This document shows, piece after piece, positions 1-10,551 of a DNA stretch of 64,000 nt. The stretch comes from Nitrosopumilus sp. (lineage in GTDB: Archaea; Thermoproteota; Nitrososphaeria; Nitrososphaerales; Nitrosopumilaceae). The stretch spans positions 1,216,001 through 1,280,000 of the forward strand of contig OZ250186.1 in NCBI GenBank assembly GCA_965238275.1. Direction: 5' to 3'. Positions within the stretch are counted from its first letter, which is position 1. Each line of letters opens with the position of its first letter. Position numbers and translations under genes: made by a program. The notes under the pieces were generated by a model. The model ran no database searches and was not told the DNA's origin. It worked only from the letters and a program-made list of their open reading frames with translations.

Positions 1-254
1 GACAGGACACGTTGCAGAACATGCCACAAAAAGCCGCAGGCATGTCTGCATGATGACATCTTATTCTTGCTATGCATTTTCACACACTGGCATATCTCTG
101 ATGGATGCTTCCATAATGGAGTCAGAATCACATACCCATGTATGACATCCCAGCTAGCGTGGAATTGGCAAGGGGGGACGTGAACGCTTACTGAGTGCAT
201 ACAATCACGCCCACACAAGTTTAATATAATGAGCTTTAACCTCATCGGTATATC

Positions 255-2369
255 ATGCCTGATGTCAAGACGATATTCGAGGAGACCATTCAGACAGACC
301 ACAAGATTATCACCGAGGAACTCTCAAAGTCCATTCTCAAAAAATACGACGTCAAGGTTCCTCCCTTTGCCCTTGTGACATCAGAGGCAGATGCTGTAAA
401 AAAGGCCAAAAAGATCGGTTTTCCGCTGGTAATGAAGGTGGTATCCCCCCAAATACTCCACAAGACTGATGTCGGCGGAGTCAAGGTGGGAATCGACAAT
501 ATCGGCGATGTAAAAAAGACATTCAACGACATGCATGGCAGGCTCTCAAAGAAAAAGGGCGTAAACGTCAAGGGAATCCTTCTTGAAAAGATGGTTCCAA
601 AGGGCGTGGAGCTGATAGTGGGAATCCAAAACGATCCGCAGTTTGGCCCGGTAATAATGGTCGGGCTCGGGGGAATCATGACTGAAGTAATGAAGGATGT
701 CGCATTCAGAATGCTCCCAATCACAACATCTGATGCAAGGTCCATGCTAAACGAGTTAAAGGGCTCGCAGCTTCTCAAGGGATTCAGGGGAAGTGATCCT
801 GTTGATCTTGGAATGGTCGCCGGCATGCTGGTCCGCATTGGAAAACTGGGCGTGGAGAATGCAGACTATATCAACAGCATCGACTTTAATCCCGTGGTGG
901 TATACCCAAAGTCCCACTATGTCGTTGATGCAAAGATTATCCTAAATGATGCTGTAAAAAAGAACTCCATCTCAAAGGCCAAGCCAAACAAGGACAACAT
1001 GGAGAAGTTCTTTACGCCAAAGTCAGTCGCGCTCGTGGGAGCCTCTACAAGCAAGGGCAAGATTGGAAACTCCATACTTGACAGCCTTGTAAACTATGAC
1101 TACAAGGGGGAGGTATACCCAATCAATCCCAAGGCAGATAAGATATTTGGGAAAAAGTGCTATCCGTCAGTTGCAGACATTCCCGGCGATGTTGATCTCG
1201 TGGTCATCTCAGTAGACCTCTCAATCACGGCTCCCGTCCTGAAGGACTGTGCCAAAAAGGGGGTCCACAGCGTGGTGATAGTCTCCGGCGGCGGCAAGGA
1301 GCTTGGAGGAAAACGTGCCGCGTATGAGGCAGAGGCCAAGAGGCTGTCTGCAGAGCACAACATCCGAATCATAGGACCAAACTGTATCGGAATGTTCAAT
1401 GCTGCAAACAGGCTTGACTGTGCGTTCCAGGGCCAGGAAAGGATGATACGTGCAAAACTGGGCACTGTCGCACTACTCTCCCAAAGCGGAACCATGGGGA
1501 TCAGCTTTTTGGAGACTGCCGATGCATTCGGGCTCTCAAAGATGGTAAGCTACGGAAACCGTTCTGACGTGGACGAGGCAGACATGATATGGTACCTTGC
1601 AAACGATCCCCAGACCAGCGTGATCCTGCTCTACGTCGAGGGGTTCGGAGACGGAAGAAAATTCATCAATACTGCAAAGCGCGTAATGAAGGAGACAAAA
1701 AAACCCGTTGTCATATGGAAGAGCGGCAGGACCGCGCTTGGCGCAAAACAGGCCGCATCGCACACCGGTTCCCTTGGGGGTTCCAACGCAATAATAATGG
1801 GCGCCTTCAAGCAGGCCGGAATCATCTCTGTTGACAGTTATCAGGAACTCGCAGCTGTTGCAAAGGCGCTTGCCTGGCAGCCGGGCGCAAAGGGCAACAG
1901 GGCTGCAATGACAAGCAACGGTGCAGGTCCGATGATTGGGGCAATTGACCACTTTGACAGAATGGGGCTGAGGCTTGCCAAGGTCACCTCAAAGTCACTC
2001 AAGCGCATGAAGGAGCATTTTCCGCCAACCTACGTGATTGGCAAGGGAAACCCCGCCGATGTCACCGGCGGCGCCAGTGCCGAGGACTATCAGTTTGTAA
2101 TCAAGGCTTTCATGGACGATCCAAACGTGGACATTGTGATGCCATGGTTCGTATTCCAAGACGATCCTCTTGATGAGGTAATCATTGATTATCTGGCAGA
2201 GTTCTCCAGCGAGAAGAGCAAGCCTGTCCTTGTCGGAGGAAACGGCGGACCATACACGCAAAAGGTCTCACGTCTCATTGAGGCCAGAGGCGTTCCAGTC
2301 TATGACGACCTGCGGGACTGGGTGGCGGCTGCATCCGCGCTTGCCCACTGGGGAAGAATCTCAAAATAG
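255..2369 (+). CDS. ADP-forming acyl-CoA synthetase (ATP-grasp + CoA-binding domains), likely 3-hydroxypropionyl-CoA synthetase of the thaumarchaeal 3HP/4HB cycle
   Basis: 704 aa; ATP-grasp N-half ([18 protein letters not shown]), CoA-binding GPNCIG, SQSG and phospho-His ASHTGSL motifs; adjacent to a crotonase as with Nmar_1309/1308. Confidence 0.85.
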   Translation: MPDVKTIFEETIQTDHKIITEELSKSILKKYDVKVPPFALVTSEADAVKKAKKIGFPLVMKVVSPQILHKTDVGGVKVGIDNIGDVKKTFNDMHGRLSKKKGVNVKGILLEKMVPKGVELIVGIQNDPQFGPVIMVGLGGIMTEVMKDVAFRMLPITTSDARSMLNELKGSQLLKGFRGSDPVDLGMVAGMLVRIGKLGVENADYINSIDFNPVVVYPKSHYVVDAKIILNDAVKKNSISKAKPNKDNMEKFFTPKSVALVGASTSKGKIGNSILDSLVNYDYKGEVYPINPKADKIFGKKCYPSVADIPGDVDLVVISVDLSITAPVLKDCAKKGVHSVVIVSGGGKELGGKRAAYEAEAKRLSAEHNIRIIGPNCIGMFNAANRLDCAFQGQERMIRAKLGTVALLSQSGTMGISFLETADAFGLSKMVSYGNRSDVDEADMIWYLANDPQTSVILLYVEGFGDGRKFINTAKRVMKETKKPVVIWKSGRTALGAKQAASHTGSLGGSNAIIMGAFKQAGIISVDSYQELAAVAKALAWQPGAKGNRAAMTSNGAGPMIGAIDHFDRMGLRLAKVTSKSLKRMKEHFPPTYVIGKGNPADVTGGASAEDYQFVIKAFMDDPNVDIVMPWFVFQDDPLDEVIIDYLAEFSSEKSKPVLVGGNGGPYTQKVSRLIEARGVPVYDDLRDWVAAASALAHWGRISK

Positions 2370-2518
2370 ACATACCCTGTAGGGAGGGGGAAGATTTTGA
2401 TGTCCATGATGCCATGTTCTTTGGAGCCGGCGACAGTCACGTATTTTGGCGAACAGCAACAGCCCGCGTACATCATGTAAAGATAACGTTTAAGTCAAGC
2501 ATGGCGGGGCTGATTATC

Positions 2519-3280
2519 ATGTCACTGGTCACCACGTCCAAATCTGACGGCATATGCACTGTTACAATCAACAGGCCTGAAAAACTCAACGCCATGAATA
2601 CTGCAGTCGCAAAGGAACTTATCTCGACTTTTGAGGCGCTGAATCTGGATGACGATGTTCGGGTCATAATACTGACCGGCCAGGGAGACAGGGCGTTTTC
2701 TGCAGGGGCGGACATTGAGTACATGTCAAAGATCTCCGCAGACGAGTCAGTGGAATATGCAAAGACGGGGCAGCTTGTCACTTCCACAGTCGAACTTGTA
2801 AGGCAGCCAACCATTGCAGCCGTCAACGGCTTTGCGCTTGGAGGCGGATGCGAACTTGCAATGTCATGCGACATCCGAATAGCATCCGATACTGCAAAGC
2901 TTGGGCAGCCTGAGGTTACCATTGGTATTCCCCCGGGCTGGGGCGGAACACAGAGACTCATGAGAATCGTGGGAATCGCCAAGGCAAAGGAGCTTGTATA
3001 CACCGGCAAGATGGTCAAGGCAGAAGAGGCAAGGGAGATTGGACTTGTCAATCGCGTCGTTCCGCTTGCATCGCTGCAGGAAGAGGCCCTCAGGATGGCA
3101 CAAAAGATCTCTGCAAACTCTACCATGGGCGTTCAGATGTCCAAGGTCGCAATCAACAAGGGGCGAAACGCGGATCTTGACACCGGACTTGGAATCGAGC
3201 TTCTCGCGTGGAGAAACTGCTTTACCCATCCGGACCGGGAACAGCGCATGACTGCGTTTGTCCAAAAGTCAAAGAAATAA
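2519..3280 (+). CDS. Enoyl-CoA hydratase; likely bifunctional 3-hydroxypropionyl-CoA dehydratase/crotonyl-CoA hydratase
   Basis: Crotonase motifs [39 protein letters not shown]; start placed at ATG 2519 (MSLVTT), TATA-like TTTAAG about 28 bp upstream. Confidence 0.88.
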   Translation: MSLVTTSKSDGICTVTINRPEKLNAMNTAVAKELISTFEALNLDDDVRVIILTGQGDRAFSAGADIEYMSKISADESVEYAKTGQLVTSTVELVRQPTIAAVNGFALGGGCELAMSCDIRIASDTAKLGQPEVTIGIPPGWGGTQRLMRIVGIAKAKELVYTGKMVKAEEAREIGLVNRVVPLASLQEEALRMAQKISANSTMGVQMSKVAINKGRNADLDTGLGIELLAWRNCFTHPDREQRMTAFVQKSKK

Positions 3281-3608
3281 CCACGACCATTCATTCTGAT
3301 AAATTTTACACTCCAAGCCATGCCCGTAGAGGTACTGCCGACGTCATTATCACCGGGTATCCACGACGGCGGTTCCTTCAGCATGGAATGCATGCTGCCC
3401 CCAGCAGCACCACCATCCTGGGAATACAAGGTCACACCATTATTCATTTGTGTACCGGACTATTGTCCGTGTGGGCACCACCCACGCCTGGTTTTATACG
3501 GACGGTGCACCACCCTTCAAGGCTGTCCTGGCAGGATTGATTCTCATCAAACCCCGTTGGAAGGGCACGAAAAGCTTATTATAATTACGAGTGGTATTTT
3601 TACACATT

Positions 3609-3959
3609 ATGGCATCTGAACAGATACAGAAGATGATCACAGTGACCTCAAAGGCTGCTGAAAAGATCAAAGAGTTCATGAAGGAGGAGGCCGAATCTCC
3701 CGAGTACCTCAGGGTCTATGTCCAGGGCGGAGGATGCTCCGGCCTGTCTTACGGCATGGGTTTTGAAAAGGCACCCGAAGAAGACGACATTGTTCTGGAG
3801 GAGAACGGAGTCAAGCTCCTAGTCGACAGTTACAGCGTTGATCACCTACAGGGCGCAAATGTAGACTATATCGAAAGCCTGATGGGCTCTGGATTCAAGA
3901 TCAACAATCCCAACGTCACAAAATCCTGCTCCTGCGGTCACTCATTCAGCACCGAATAA
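3609..3959 (+). CDS. A-type Fe-S cluster carrier (IscA/HesB/ErpA family)
   Basis: GGGCSGLSY and C-terminal CSCGHSF motifs; ATG 3609 follows TATA-like TTATTATAA. Confidence 0.93.
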   Translation: MASEQIQKMITVTSKAAEKIKEFMKEEAESPEYLRVYVQGGGCSGLSYGMGFEKAPEEDDIVLEENGVKLLVDSYSVDHLQGANVDYIESLMGSGFKINNPNVTKSCSCGHSFSTE

Positions 3960-4350
3960 GCAAGACATACTTATTTTTCGATTCCGGCCTAGCATGTGCT
4001 GAGCTAAACTGCTGCCCATCATACAAACCAGTATGCGGGACACGGCCACCTAACACGGTGGATGGCTCTGCCGTGCCTGTGTGTCCGGCATTGCATGTGC
4101 AATTCATGATAGTGCCCGGCACACGATCGCGGCCCGTCCGAACGGCCATGAACGGAATCCCAAACCCCGATGAGCGCATTGCACACGGGATTTTGTTTTT
4201 GGGCAGCCTGAAGGATTCATTCCTGCCTGCCTGAATGCGGCGCCCTCTGGATGCAGCAGCATGCCCCACAGGCACAAAAACGCCAATCCGATACCCTCAT
4301 ATATCGTGTATTGGAATCAATATCATGATTATTAGGGAGATGAATAATTT

Positions 4351-5493
4351 ATGCCTCAATCAGGAATTGTCAAGTATCACGTTAAACTTTCCTACAAAGT
4401 TGATGGTCTAGTCGAGAGGGCGGACATAATAGGCGCCATCTTTGGCCAGACAGAAGGACTGCTTGGCCCCGAGATGAACCTAAATGAGCTCCAGCGCGTC
4501 TCCAAGGTGGGGCGCATCGAGGTCAACGCAAAGTCCACGACTAACACGACTTCAGGAGATGTTCTGATTCCGATGAGTACCGATATTGATACCTGCGCAC
4601 TGATTGCCGCAGGCATTGAGAGCATAGACAAGGTGGGGCCGTTTGACTGCACGTTCAAACTTGATGCAATTGACGACGTGCGGGCTGCAAAAAAGGACGA
4701 CATAGTCAGGCGCGCAAAGGAGATCAAGCAGAGATGGGCAACCAAGACTGTCAGCGAGGGTGAAAGCATGCTAAACGACGTTCATCAGGGCGACTCTAGA
4801 AAACTCTCCACATACGGGGCCTCAAAACTTACATGCAGTCCTGGCATCCATGACTCCAAATGGATAATCCTGGTGGAGGGAAGGGCAGACGTAATCAACC
4901 TTCTTCGTGCAGGCTATGACAACGCAATTGCAATCGAGGGTGCCAAGATTGACGAGTCAATAAAGACACTGTGTGCCACCAAGGACATAATCGTTGCATT
5001 CCTTGACGGGGACAGGTCAGGCGGCTTCATCCTAAAGGAGCTAAAGTCCGTCGTCCCGCTGGATTACGAACTCAGGGCCGACAAAGGTGTTGAAGTCGAG
5101 GAGCTTACCCCGCAGAGGATAGACGAGATCCTAAGACCGGTTGCCGACGAGATAAAGTCCGGAGGCCCCGCAGTCTCGCTCCGGGATGATACTGACAAGC
5201 CGTTGGCAGACATTGCCTCCAAGGTTTATCCTGATCTAAACGAGACCCTTGAGGCAGTGGCGCTGGACGACCGCAGCAAGCAGATCTTCAGGGTTCCAAT
5301 CAGCGAGCTTGTCAACAAACTGTCTACGCAGTCCGGCGTCCAGTATCTTCTGCTGGACGGCATCATAACCCAGAGGCTTCTGGAAGGTGCCAGAAAAGCA
5401 GGCATTGCATGCATAATGGGTCACAGGATTGCAAGGCTCTCAAACTCTGACGGCATAGAACTCAAAACGTTTGGCGATCTCGGCATAGCATAG
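4351..5493 (+). CDS. dnaG: Archaeal DnaG-type primase/exosome-associated protein
   Basis: GAIFGQTEGLLG N-terminus, TOPRIM motifs VEGRADV and FLDGDRSG. Confidence 0.95.
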   Translation: MPQSGIVKYHVKLSYKVDGLVERADIIGAIFGQTEGLLGPEMNLNELQRVSKVGRIEVNAKSTTNTTSGDVLIPMSTDIDTCALIAAGIESIDKVGPFDCTFKLDAIDDVRAAKKDDIVRRAKEIKQRWATKTVSEGESMLNDVHQGDSRKLSTYGASKLTCSPGIHDSKWIILVEGRADVINLLRAGYDNAIAIEGAKIDESIKTLCATKDIIVAFLDGDRSGGFILKELKSVVPLDYELRADKGVEVEELTPQRIDEILRPVADEIKSGGPAVSLRDDTDKPLADIASKVYPDLNETLEAVALDDRSKQIFRVPISELVNKLSTQSGVQYLLLDGIITQRLLEGARKAGIACIMGHRIARLSNSDGIELKTFGDLGIA

Positions 5494-5497
5494 ACTG

Positions 5498-6193
5498 ATG
5501 ACCGAACTGAAGATTCAGCACATTCTTACCCTCTCTTATCTTCTGTCTGCAGGCGCAAGACACAACTATGTCCTGATTACCACCTCTTCCCTTGGGAGAA
5601 GCATCAAAAGGTCACAGCAGGCAGCCTCGCAGCACCTTGTGGATCTTGAGCAGGGCCGGTTCATTGAGAGGATAATGAGCGGGGGGAGCATATCTGTAAA
5701 GGTGACTCCCAAGGGATTTGCAGAGGTATCCCGGCTCTCGTCCATTCTCCAAAAGTGCATCGACTCCTCGCCGTCACACGTGGACCTTGAGGGGGTGCTG
5801 GTATCCGGAATGGGCGAGGGTGCATACTATATGGGGCTGGAGGGATACACCAGGCAGTTCAAGTCCAAGGTAGGGTATGTTCCCTTTCCCGGCACGCTCA
5901 ACGTAAGGCTTGATGAGCGGGTCTACCTGGAGGCAAAAAGACAGTTTGACGGCATGGACGGTGTGACGATAGATGGCTTTTCAGACGGGCAGAGGACATA
6001 CGGGTGGGTCAGGTGTTTTTCGGCGGTGTTAAACGGCACAACCAAATGCCAACTTGTCGTGCTTGAAAGGACGCACCATGGCGACTCCATAATAGAACTG
6101 ATCTCAAAGGTGTGCATACGGGAGGATGCCGGACTTGTAGACGGATCCCGCGTATCCCTGAAGATTCCAATCGGCTCAGATCCCGTGGATTGA
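5498..6193 (+). CDS. ribK: CTP-dependent riboflavin kinase with N-terminal HTH (RbkR-like)
   Basis: SQQAASQHL HTH; SGMGEGAYY, PFPGTLNV, RTHH motifs. Confidence 0.92.
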   Translation: MTELKIQHILTLSYLLSAGARHNYVLITTSSLGRSIKRSQQAASQHLVDLEQGRFIERIMSGGSISVKVTPKGFAEVSRLSSILQKCIDSSPSHVDLEGVLVSGMGEGAYYMGLEGYTRQFKSKVGYVPFPGTLNVRLDERVYLEAKRQFDGMDGVTIDGFSDGQRTYGWVRCFSAVLNGTTKCQLVVLERTHHGDSIIELISKVCIREDAGLVDGSRVSLKIPIGSDPVD

Positions 6194-6802
6194 CTCGCCG
6201 TACTCTTCTTGTATCTTTGAACTGGAGATCTCCGGAATCGGGGACTGGAGCCTTGCAACCCGCGCATTCAGGTTGATCTTCTTGCATCCCTCGGTAATGA
6301 ACTTCTCCTGGTGAATCTGATCGTATCCCAGGGCGATAATCTCGGGCCTGACGTTGTCCACTGTCTTGAAGATGTCATCCTCCTGTCCGACCAGACACAG
6401 ATCCACCATCAAAAGCGATCTGACCATCTCCTGCCTCTGCTCCTGCGAGTGCAGCGGCATCTTCTTCTTCATCCTTACTGCCGTGTTGTCTGTCGCAACC
6501 ACCACCACAAGCACGTCGCCCAGCGCCTTTGCAGCATTGAGGGTATGGATGTGTCCTGGATGGATGATGTCAAAGACGCCCCCTGCCAGTACCACATGCA
6601 GCGAGTCGCGGCCAAAGTCAGTCAGCGTCTTCCTGTCTGCCTCCACAAGCTGGTTCCTTACCAGATCATCGATGCTCTCCCCAATCTTCCTTGCCGAAAG
6701 CATGCTGTTTCTTCCTATCTCCGCCAAGGGAGACGTCCCTGTAATCTGGGACGTATACATGACTGCAAGAATCCTCTTCTGGCTCTGATCCAACAACCCC
6801 AT
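6176..6802 (-). CDS. ribL: FAD synthetase (cytidylyltransferase family) with N-terminal extension
   Basis: GGVFDIIHPGH (HxGH), LGYDQ, SSSKI; convergent with and overlapping ribK. Confidence 0.82.
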   Translation of the reverse strand: MGLLDQSQKRILAVMYTSQITGTSPLAEIGRNSMLSARKIGESIDDLVRNQLVEADRKTLTDFGRDSLHVVLAGGVFDIIHPGHIHTLNAAKALGDVLVVVVATDNTAVRMKKKMPLHSQEQRQEMVRSLLMVDLCLVGQEDDIFKTVDNVRPEIIALGYDQIHQEKFITEGCKKINLNARVARLQSPIPEISSSKIQEEYGESIHGI

Positions 6803-6832
6803 TCATTCTCTCCCTATCTATAATTCATCATG

Positions 6833-7909
6833 CTACATCTTTGGCCCCAGGCCGTTTGCAATCATCAGCGCGTCTACCAGCCCGTCTGCATACCCGATAC
6901 TCAGCACCGCCACCTCGTCGTGCCCGTCTGCCAGAAACTTTTCTGCGTCCCTGGCATACAGGTCCGCATTCTCCAGAACCTGCAGCGACTCCTGATCCTT
7001 GCAGTATGGCCTGACCTCCTCGATGGCCTCCCTGACCATCGGCACGTACTTTTCAAGCATCTGAACCGGTATCCTCTTCAGCCTGCCGGAGTTGTCAAGC
7101 GGTTCGTCGATGCACCTGCATGACGACTTTAGGGCGTCTGACTCTGTGAAGTGCATGCTTCCGGGAACAATTATTGCGTGTGGCGGCATGCCAAAGTCCG
7201 TCTTTTCAAGGCTGGATATCATGCCTGCAACGATCGACTGGTCTGCTGAGCCTATCCTTGATGCCACTATGCAGTATGTGGACGGCGTCATGACATTCCT
7301 TGCCTGGCCCTCCTCTGTCCTGATGAGCGCAGACAGCGCGTCCCCGGGATCCAGAAAAAAATCCCCGTCCTGGCTGTACTCCAAAAGGAGTATCGTGTGG
7401 TTTCCATGGATCATGTTCCTGTATGTCACATAGTATGGGGTTGTCAGGGACTTTGCCTCGTTCATGATGGTTGCAGGCCTTCCCATCTTGTAAAAATGCA
7501 GGCCGCACTCGCCAGTCATTGCAGTGACAGCAGATGATGCATGGATGCATCCTGTTCTTATGCCCTGCTCGGCTGCCCTTGTCCTCAGCTCCGTATGCGT
7601 TGTGGCTACAAAGGGATCCCCGTACGAGGCCAGAACCACCATGCCGTCTTTGGCATTCCTGAGGATCTCGCCGCCGTCCTCCACCTGCCATCTCTTGACG
7701 AGTTTGAACCGTCCTCCTCCTCCTCCTCCTCCTCCTCCTCCTGAGGCATCCCTGATCTTGGAAATCTCTGATTCTGCGACTGGACTGGTAAAATGCTCCA
7801 GATACACCATGTCTGCACTTGAGAGTATCCCCAGTGCCTCGTTTGGGATTGAGCCAAACCCGGATATCCCGAGGCCTACAAACCACAGCATGCCCTGTCC
7901 TTCCGGCAT
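6833..7909 (-). CDS. dph5: Diphthine synthase fused to C-terminal DUF357-like domain
   Basis: LWFVGLG, GDPFVATTH, GLHFYKMG, PPHAIIVPG, HFTE; C-terminal AVLSIGYADGLVDAL; true start may be the second Met (MLWFVG). Confidence 0.92.
   Translation of the reverse strand: MPEGQGMLWFVGLGISGFGSIPNEALGILSSADMVYLEHFTSPVAESEISKIRDASGGGGGGGGGGRFKLVKRWQVEDGGEILRNAKDGMVVLASYGDPFVATTHTELRTRAAEQGIRTGCIHASSAVTAMTGECGLHFYKMGRPATIMNEAKSLTTPYYVTYRNMIHGNHTILLLEYSQDGDFFLDPGDALSALIRTEEGQARNVMTPSTYCIVASRIGSADQSIVAGMISSLEKTDFGMPPHAIIVPGSMHFTESDALKSSCRCIDEPLDNSGRLKRIPVQMLEKYVPMVREAIEEVRPYCKDQESLQVLENADLYARDAEKFLADGHDEVAVLSIGYADGLVDALMIANGLGPKM
7712..7741. repeat. (TCC)10 microsatellite encoding Gly10 inside dph5
   Basis: Ten perfect TCC units. 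Confidence 0.95.
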
Positions 7910-7919
7910 GCGCCTGTCC

Positions 7920-9077
7920 TCATGCCTGTGATCCTTCCATGCCGGTACCCGTGCCCAGCCTGCCGGCTCTTTTGTCGTGAAGCCTCTTCAGGTTGTGCAG
8001 GGTGCTCTTGATGATCTCAATTCCCTTCAGATACTCGCTGACGGAGACCTTTTCGTTGATCGTGTGGGCCTCGTGGGGGTTGCCGGGCCCGTACGTGACA
8101 ACCGGGATGCCCCACCTGCTTCCAAGTATGTTCATGTCCCCGGTTCCAGTCTTTCTGATAAGCATGGGTCTGCCATTCCCGTTCTTCATAACACTGATGA
8201 TTAGTGCCCTGACCAGCGGCGAGTCGTGGGGCGCCTCAAACGGCTCGGTCTCGTCAAGTATGGAGTATATGGCATTGACGCCCCGCTCCACCTCTATTGT
8301 CCTTACCGTGGTCTCTATATCCTGCTCCACAGACTTGCAGTTCATGTCCACTGGAATCCTGATGTCAAAGGTTATCTCGCACTCCTTGGGGGTTACATTG
8401 TGACTGCTTCCGCCCCTTACCTGGGTCATGGTCGCAGTCAGAAGCATTCCGTTGGTCTTGCCTTCCTGGCCCCTCTCCAGTTTCTCCTTGAGCTTTTCTG
8501 CAAAGATCATCGACTCTGAGATTGCATTCTTTGAAAGCCACGGTGCGCCTGCATGCGAGCTGTCCTTGACGCTTATCCTGAGGTTGATTGCAAGCCTTCC
8601 CTTGTAGGCAATAGTGATCCTGTTGATCCCGCTTGGCTCCCCAAACATGGCATAGTCTATATCCATTCTCTTCTTGACAAGGTTCTTGACCCCCGTTGCG
8701 TTTCCCTCCTCGTCTACTGCGCCGACAAAGATTATGGTCCCGCACTCGTCCTGCACTGATGCTGCTGCAAGCAGCATGGCCATCAGGGGGGCCTTTGCAT
8801 CAGAGGCCCCGCGCCCGTAGAGATAGTCCCCGTCCCTTCTCACCTTGATCTTTCCGGGAACGACGTCCATGTGTCCGCAGAGGATGATCTTGGGGGAGCC
8901 GGAGCCCTTCTTTGCAACCACGTTGCCCACCTCGTCGATCACAGTATCCTTGAATCCAAGATCATCGCACATGTCTACAAGAAATTCGGCCAGCGGCTTC
9001 TCAGCCAGGGACGGCGTATAGAACCTGAGCGTCTTTTCAAGCATCTTTGTTGCAAATTCCGGCGTTATTCTTTCCAA
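7920..9077 (-). CDS. lysK: [LysW]-lysine/ornithine hydrolase (M20 peptidase)
   Basis: GHMDVV, GRGASDAK, VDEEG, GTGDMN, AHTINE; in operon with lysX and lysW. Confidence 0.88.
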   Translation of the reverse strand: MERITPEFATKMLEKTLRFYTPSLAEKPLAEFLVDMCDDLGFKDTVIDEVGNVVAKKGSGSPKIILCGHMDVVPGKIKVRRDGDYLYGRGASDAKAPLMAMLLAAASVQDECGTIIFVGAVDEEGNATGVKNLVKKRMDIDYAMFGEPSGINRITIAYKGRLAINLRISVKDSSHAGAPWLSKNAISESMIFAEKLKEKLERGQEGKTNGMLLTATMTQVRGGSSHNVTPKECEITFDIRIPVDMNCKSVEQDIETTVRTIEVERGVNAIYSILDETEPFEAPHDSPLVRALIISVMKNGNGRPMLIRKTGTGDMNILGSRWGIPVVTYGPGNPHEAHTINEKVSVSEYLKGIEIIKSTLHNLKRLHDKRAGRLGTGTGMEGSQA

Positions 9078-9083
9078 TCTGCC

Positions 9084-9926
9084 CTAACCCTGTCTTGCAT
9101 ACTCTAGCATGATGGATGGAATGTCCACTCCGCATACCCTTACCGTATTTTTGTACTCTGTCGTATTGTTTACCTCGTGCACTACAAGCCCGTGCTCCTC
9201 GCTCTCCATCAAATCCACGCCGACAATCTCCCCCTGCACCGCATCCTTTGCCTTGATGCACATCTCCTCAAGCTCCTGGGTGACCGGGCACGGTTCTGCA
9301 ATTCCGCCAAGCGCCATGTTGGTCTTCCAGTTTCCGTCGCCGGAGATCCTGTATATTGCAGCAACCACCCTGTCCCCGACTGTGATCGCCCTAATGTCCC
9401 TTGGGGGCCTCTTGACAAACTCTTCCATATAGTGAATCTGGTATATGGGATACATGCCCTCCCTGCCCTCGATGATCCCCTCTGCCGAGTCCCTGTCGTT
9501 GAGCTTTGAGATGAGCCTTCCCCAGCTGCCCACTGTGGGCTTGATGACCCTGGGAAAGCCTTCCGTCTCCAGTGCCTGCAGGGCCGCATCCTTGGAGAAC
9601 GCGACTGTTGCATCCGGGGTCGGAACGCCATTCTTCTTTAGCAGCATGTGGGTGAACAGCTTGTTCCCGGCCAGAATCCCCGTATTGAGGCAGTTGACCA
9701 CCCTGACTCCGAGACCCTCAAGGGCCGCAGTCGAGTGCAGATTCCTGTAGTAGCTCACGCACCTCTGAATAACGGTGCCGTACCCCTCAGGCTCACTTTC
9801 CAGATTCAGTGCAAGCTTTTTGCAATCTACCATCTCTATGTCGACATCGTCTCTCCTGCCGGCCTCCAGCAGGGCCTTCTCCTCCCAACGAATGGTGTCA
9901 TAAAGAATGGTTACCTTTGGACTCAC
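9084..9926 (-). CDS. lysX: LysW-aminoadipate/glutamate ligase (RimK-family ATP-grasp)
   Basis: YDTIRWEEKAL, KPTVGSWGRL, WKTNMALG, HEVNNTTEY; GTG start at 9926 overlaps lysW stop (GTGA). Confidence 0.92.
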   Translation of the reverse strand: MSPKVTILYDTIRWEEKALLEAGRRDDVDIEMVDCKKLALNLESEPEGYGTVIQRCVSYYRNLHSTAALEGLGVRVVNCLNTGILAGNKLFTHMLLKKNGVPTPDATVAFSKDAALQALETEGFPRVIKPTVGSWGRLISKLNDRDSAEGIIEGREGMYPIYQIHYMEEFVKRPPRDIRAITVGDRVVAAIYRISGDGNWKTNMALGGIAEPCPVTQELEEMCIKAKDAVQGEIVGVDLMESEEHGLVVHEVNNTTEYKNTVRVCGVDIPSIMLEYARQG

Positions 9927-10090
9927 TGCCCCCAATCCTCGCCAACCGTCTGGGCAGGCTTGAAATCAAAGCTGTCTGAACCTTTCACCAGTTCGAAACT
10001 TGCGCCACATTCCGGACATGCTACAATCTCCCCCTGCACCGCGTCATCTGGAATCGGAATATTTGCATCACATTCTTCGCATTTTGACAT
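9923..10090 (-). CDS. lysW: Amino-group carrier protein LysW (55 aa, absent from the ORF track)
   Basis: Manual translation: MSKCEECDANIPIPDDAVQGEIVACPECGASFELVKGSDSFDFKPAQTVGEDWGQ; two CxxC and EDWG motif. Confidence 0.95.
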   Translation of the reverse strand: MSKCEECDANIPIPDDAVQGEIVACPECGASFELVKGSDSFDFKPAQTVGEDWGQ

Positions 10091-10170
10091 GTCTCTTCCT
10101 TCATATCCTCTCTATTTATCGTTTACAAGACGCTTTTTTCGCCCTTTTATAGAAACTGGATCACAGGATC

Positions 10171-10464
10171 ATGACCACGCATTACGAGGTGCTGCGGCCG
10201 GTGGCCGGGGCCGATCTCGACGCCATTCCCTCCGTCGTGAAGGCGTTGAGGACGATCCCGGAAGACGGCATTATCGCGTTCAATATGTTCAAGGGCGTCA
10301 ACAAGAGCGCCGCGGTAAGGACTGTGGCGCACGCCTGCAAGGCCGGGATGCTCAGGAGGGTGTCGCCGTGTCTTTCATTCTGCCTAGTCGGTTCATGCCG
10401 CTCTGCCTCAGAGACGCGCTCTTTCTTCGGCTGGCTTCTTGAGAAGATCCATGTCCCAGATTAG
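10171..10464 (+). pseudogene. N-terminal fragment of a tyrosine recombinase paralogous to 19723..21507 (similarity over about the first 65 codons)
   Basis: HYEVLRPVAGADLDAI...AHACKAGM resembles YYEILRPVNNDDLSKV...RAASCGI; TATA-like TTTTATAG about 25 bp upstream. Confidence 0.6.
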
Positions 10465-10551
10465 ATAACCCACCCATGTCAACATCCGTTCCCACCAGAC
10501 TGCGTCGATTCCAACCGTAGCGACGCGCAAAAATCCGCAGCGTTCCAAAAA

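Noticed and set aside
3281-4350. Long spacers around the Fe-S carrier gene with short ORFs (3320..3619, 3946..4275)
   Set aside because: No recognisable protein motif, RNA structure or repeat
6833-7080. Dph5-DUF357 fusion and HTH-ribK fusion as novelties
   Set aside because: Known archaeal/thaumarchaeal architectures as far as I recall
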